From Eledone cirrhosa (lineage: Eukaryota), in NCBI GenBank assembly GCA_964016885.1, contig OZ024742.1, forward strand, positions 71,920,001 through 71,984,000: a stretch of 64,000 nucleotides of DNA, in the 5' to 3' direction. Position 1 is the stretch's first letter. Each line of letters opens with the position of its first letter. Shown one piece after another: positions 59,521 to 64,000 of this stretch. The notes beneath the pieces are model-generated. The model did no database searches. It was not told the DNA's origin and was given only the letters and a program-made list of their open reading frames with translations. A program made the position numbers and the translations under genes.

Positions 59521-61985
59521 TGATGGCTGCAAACTCGTGTTCAAGTATTGCCATCGCCCGATAAAATGTTCAAAAATGTGAAGCACAAATGTGACTCTTT
59601 AAACCAGCCAAATACTTGCACCCTCTGGCACACACATGGCAACTTTAGGCTCCCCCGAAACCTTCCATTGCTTTGTTCTGGCTGTATGTTCACATGTATC
59701 TTTTAAGACCTCCCATGCTTGTACATTTCTTACACCTTTTCAGATCATGATCTACATGAGGTCTACTGATATGACTTTGTTCATGTCTAATCAAACCAAC
59801 TTTGCTCAGGCTGACTCGACCACAGTGCTGGCAAACCAGATGATGTTCAACAGCAGGCAGTTCAGAACAGTCTCAATCCTCACCTTCCTTTTCAGTGTTA
59901 GGTGTTCTCTCCGACGAGTTTCAAAGTGTTCACCACCTGACTTGATCAAACGTCTCCACTTCACACGCTCGTCAGCCATTTTCTCCCATTCGTCCCAAGC
60001 CAAGGTGCCCCTGATACAGTCCCGGTACCGCCTCTTTGGTTTATGTGGTGGTCGCCTTCCTTCACACAGTTCTCCATAGAGAAGTTGTTTTGGAATACGA
60101 TCATCAGACATCCGGACCACGTGACTGCACCACCTCAACCGATACCGAAAGATTATGCTCTCTATAGTCACGCACCTACTCCGTTCTAGAACTTCCAAAT
60201 CACTGGCGAACATTTTCCACCACACCCCAAGTAACTTATGAAGAGATTGTTGGTGAAACCTCTCCAGATCCTTGAGGTGCTTTCTGTATGTGACCCACGT
60301 TTCACAAACATAAAGTAAAGAGGAGACGACACAGGTCAGATACACTTTCACCTTGGTTTCGATAGTGATACCTCGTCTGGACCATAAACGTTGATGCATC
60401 CGTCCAAAAGCATCACTGGCTTTCTTGATTCTTAAGGATATTTCATTATCATGTGTGCATGAAGTGTTCAACGGACTACCAAGGTAAACAAGCTTGTCAG
60501 CAACTTTTAGCCTCTTTCCGTACACGTACACACTTGGTGCAGTGTACTCGTTTCCAGGTACTGGCTGATACATCACAACAGTCTTTTCCAAGCTTATTGT
60601 GACGCCCAAAGTGCTGCAAGCTGCAGAAAAAGAGTTCATAATATGCTGCATGTCACTTTGTGAGTGTGCAAAAAAATCGCAGTCGTCTGCATACAAAAAC
60701 TCTCGGATTATAGATGTTAATACCTTTGTGCTTGTACCAAAGCGCCTGGTGTTGAACAACCTTCCTGAAGTGCGATACCTGATGTAAACCCCATGAGAAC
60801 AATATTTGAATGCCATGAGAAACACTATCGTAAAATATAAGGAAAACAGAATTGGAGCCGGAATGTCCCCCTGCTTCACTCCATTTTCAACTGATATTGG
60901 TTCAGAGTGCTACCACCAATACTGACCAAAGCCTTCATGTCATCATGGAAAAGATGCAGAATCTTCTACCCTACCTTGGATTTTTTTCCCACAACGCAGT
61001 TCGGTTGACAGTGTCAAAGGCCTTTGTCAAGTCAACAAAGACCTGGTAAAAGTCCATACATTGTTCGATACACTTCTCTTGCAGCTGCCGAGCAGAAACG
61101 ATCATATCCACTGTTCCTCTTTCATTTCTGAACCCACACTGCGATTCAGGCAACACATTCAGAGCAACTCTTGCGATCAATCTATCCATCAATATTCGAC
61201 ACGACTTTACCAACTACTGAAAGAAGGGATATGACATGATAATTGCCACATTTGTCCTTGCCGTCCTTTCCTTTGTGGAGAATCACCATGAGCGCATCCT
61301 TCTTGCGGGACATTCTCATCTTCCCACACCATTTTCATGAGGTCAGTCAGGCGCTGCGTGAAGTTTTCACTACCACACTTCAAAACCGCTCCACTCAGAC
61401 CATCCATACTAGGAGACTTACCACAGTTCAGCTTATGCACAACAGAAGTCCCCTCTGCAAGAGAAGATACATTAGCCATCTCATATGCTTCACTGGTTCA
61501 ATAGGAATGGAACAAATGAAATCATCAACCTGGGATGGTTGGTTTAAGAGCTCATCAAAGTGATCTCTCTATCTGTCGAGTGTCTTTTGGGTCGCGCAGT
61601 AAGTGCTTGCCATCTTTCGATCTCAAAGGGGCCACTGGAGAGCTGAAAGGGCCATACACCTCGGTGAGTAAAAAGTGCGGCAGTTTCACATTGTTGCCGT
61701 CAGATGCCACTTGAACTTCATCTGCTTTGTTGCTCCACCAGGTATTTTGCATAGCCCCGAGTTTCACCTGCACTTCCTTCTTTACCTGTCTGTAACGCTC
61801 ATAATTGTCACCAACAGAGCTACCATCTTTAAGAACTGCATCAAGTGCCTTTTGTTTTCTGTTTAGCAGAGCCTTGACCTCCTGGTCATTCTCATCAAAC
61901 CAGTCCTTGTTTTCTTGTGACAAAGCCAAGGACCTCTGCTGAAGCCTCATAGACCGAGCTCCTGAAGTCCTTCCAGTTGTTCTCA
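59521..61985 (-). mobile_element. RTE-BovB-like LINE, 5'-truncated and frameshifted
   Basis: NKDWFDENDQEV; LPESQCGFR..GTVDMI..RQLQEKC..FVDLTKAFDTV; KQGDIPAPILFSLYF..RYRTSGRLFN..FLYADDC; DDRIPKQLLYGEL. Confidence 0.92.
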
Positions 61986-62639
61986 TACACGCATACATAC
62001 TTACATATATACATACATGCATACATCCATCCATCCATACGTGTATACATACATACATACATACATACATACAATGGTTAAAGTGTTTGACTGACGACCA
62101 TAAGTTCATGGGTTCATATTTGGGACCGGGTAGTTATTGAATCAACCTGATATCAATGTTTATTATACAGCACACTTCCTCGTTGGTATATGACACATAG
62201 TAATATCTAACATAGTACCCATCTAATCTGTTATAATATGATTTACCTTTCTTCTGTGAAGGCACATGCCTTAGGGGTTACGGTACTGGACTAACCATTA
62301 TAAAGTCATGGGCTCGTTTCTTCGATCCTGAAGCATGTTGCGTCCTTCAGTAAAATACTTTAGTTCGTGTAGCATCTTCTACCAGGACTTGCGGCAGACA
62401 GATAATATCAGTAATGGAAAAAACCTTGTTTCATTAGTATGACCTGGAAATCAGTTCCACTCTATTTATCTTCTTTATTAAAGGCAATCAAATTATTTTT
62501 TTAAAATTCTTTTTCTTATTTTTCTATGTTTGTTAAATAAATTCCAAAATATCGAACTAAATTGAAATTTTGTAATAAAATTTCCATAAAAGTTAATGTT
62601 TACAAAACAATAAAATGTAATAAAATGTATTGAAGTCGA

Positions 62640-62913
62640 TTTTTGAAAAATGGATAATGCTATAAGCAGACCTTACAATATTGTACCACAATTTTCCTTC
62701 GTGCAAAAGTGGGCAGCCGAATTTAGGAAAGGATAGGGGATTCTTGAAGATGACCCAATGTCTGGACATCCTACAACTGCCACTACCGAGGAAAACATTG
62801 ATCTCAGTACTGCAACACCGGTGGAAGAAATGTGTGGAACGCAAGGGAGACTATGTTGAAAAATAAACCCCATTTGGTCACATTCCATGAGAGTATCTTT
62901 GTCAACCCTCGTA
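62640..62913 (+). mobile_element. Internally deleted mariner relic
   Basis: WAAEFRKG*GILEDDPMSGHPTTATTEENI (HTH region) fused to LQHRWKKCVERKGDYVEK* (C-terminus); terminus ..AACCCTCG-TA. Confidence 0.8.
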
Positions 62914-62948
62914 TCTTTGCGCAATATACGTAAAGATACAGAATTGCG

Positions 62949-63262
62949 GGCACTACAACGCTATTAGCTGTCATATTTGTTGGTGAAAAAAAATTTGATT
63001 ATAAAACTTAAATTTGTTTTCTATTTTGGCCCTTTTAAGGGCCACCTATATTTTCATTTAAGTAACTCCACTTACATCGATATGCTTTATAACCATGACT
63101 TGTTTTCTAATTTGGCCCTTTTAAGTCTTCCCTATCTCTCTCAAAAAACCGCGTGAAAACTCCACTTACGCGTGGTGGTAATACGGAAATAAACGATGTT
63201 GACGAGTGACGTCACCTTCACCTGTTTTCCACTGGACTGACAGCTAATAGCGTTGTAGTGCC
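62949..63262. mobile_element. GGCACTAC Merlin-type MITE, short rearranged copy
   Basis: 25-bp TIRs GGCACTACAACGCTATTAGCTGTCA; internal modules shared with 25265-26013; no TSD between its own ends. Confidence 0.75.
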
Positions 63263-64000
63263 ATATTTTATACACCAGAATTCTTGTTGTTCACTGGTTA
63301 CTCTGGCAACTAACATAACGCGTGGCTTCCATTTCAAGTTTAGCGGCAAAATAAAGAAGAGCCAGGAAATTTAAACGTTCATACGTTGGTGATTAAAATC
63401 TATTTCTCACTGTCCTGTAAAACGTGGAACCAATTCACGATATAACGTAGTTTTTGATTAAATGAAATATTTAATATGTGTGCTGGAACACCGATCCTAA
63501 AATGTGTAGATCAATGTTTGCTATTCACAAACATTAACGTTCACCTCTTGAAATAATTACTACACACTGTACAATTACATACATTAAAGATATAAAGATA
63601 GCAAACAAGCGGTGTCGCCGACAATGTTTCCCTTTCTTAAATGACACCAGTGACACGTTAAAGGTTTCTGATATAATTTAATACATTTAGAAAAACCTTC
63701 TTTGGTATCTATTTGCGTCATCAATTGTATCCAGCCCATGGTAAAAGAAACAAAATCACACAAAAAGTGATTATTACGTATAAAGGAATGAGTCTAGCTA
63801 CCTTCTTACTTAACTTGATAGAAATAGCCATATTTTACTTGGAAGAATAGTCGAAACTGTGATCCTAGATAAATATACATATGAAGTCACGGATGGAACA
63901 ACGTTGAATATAAGTCTGCTCAATTATGCTGACCTCAGAGTTAGCAACACCGTCTTGGTTTATATTTTATTCAAAACAAATAACCTTAATTCTCATACAG

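Overview
AT-rich, repeat-dense animal DNA, probably a coleoid cephalopod such as an octopus. That assignment is inferred from the KRAB-less tandem C2H2 genes and the SINE families, not proven. Most of the ORF track is spurious. Real genes: two paralogous C2H2 zinc-finger genes with single-exon CDSs on the + strand (6243-7331 with 12 finger units; 18954-20390 with 16), arising from a local duplication with about 12.5 kb offset, and a minus-strand zinc-finger pseudogene (about 26220-28223). The rest is RTE/BovB, RTE-X, CRE and CR1-type LINE relics, tRNA-derived SINEs, Penelope-like elements, Merlin-type MITEs, a mariner relic, a Helitron-like element, a foldback family and satellites, including a 10-copy array of about 920 bp. 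Highlights: (1) an HDV-like self-cleaving ribozyme closely resembling the mammalian CPEB3 ribozyme forms the 5' end of an RTE-X LINE (9784-9853, minus); (2) a 1-kb Merlin-type MITE with an 8-bp TSD carries what looks like the first coding exon of RMND5, with its ATG and splice donor (27008-28046); (3) two palindromic Penelope-like elements carry paired minimal hammerhead ribozymes; (4) a foldback family appears to have seeded telomere-like hexamer arrays and the 920-bp satellite. All family assignments come from motif recognition by eye; no database search was run.
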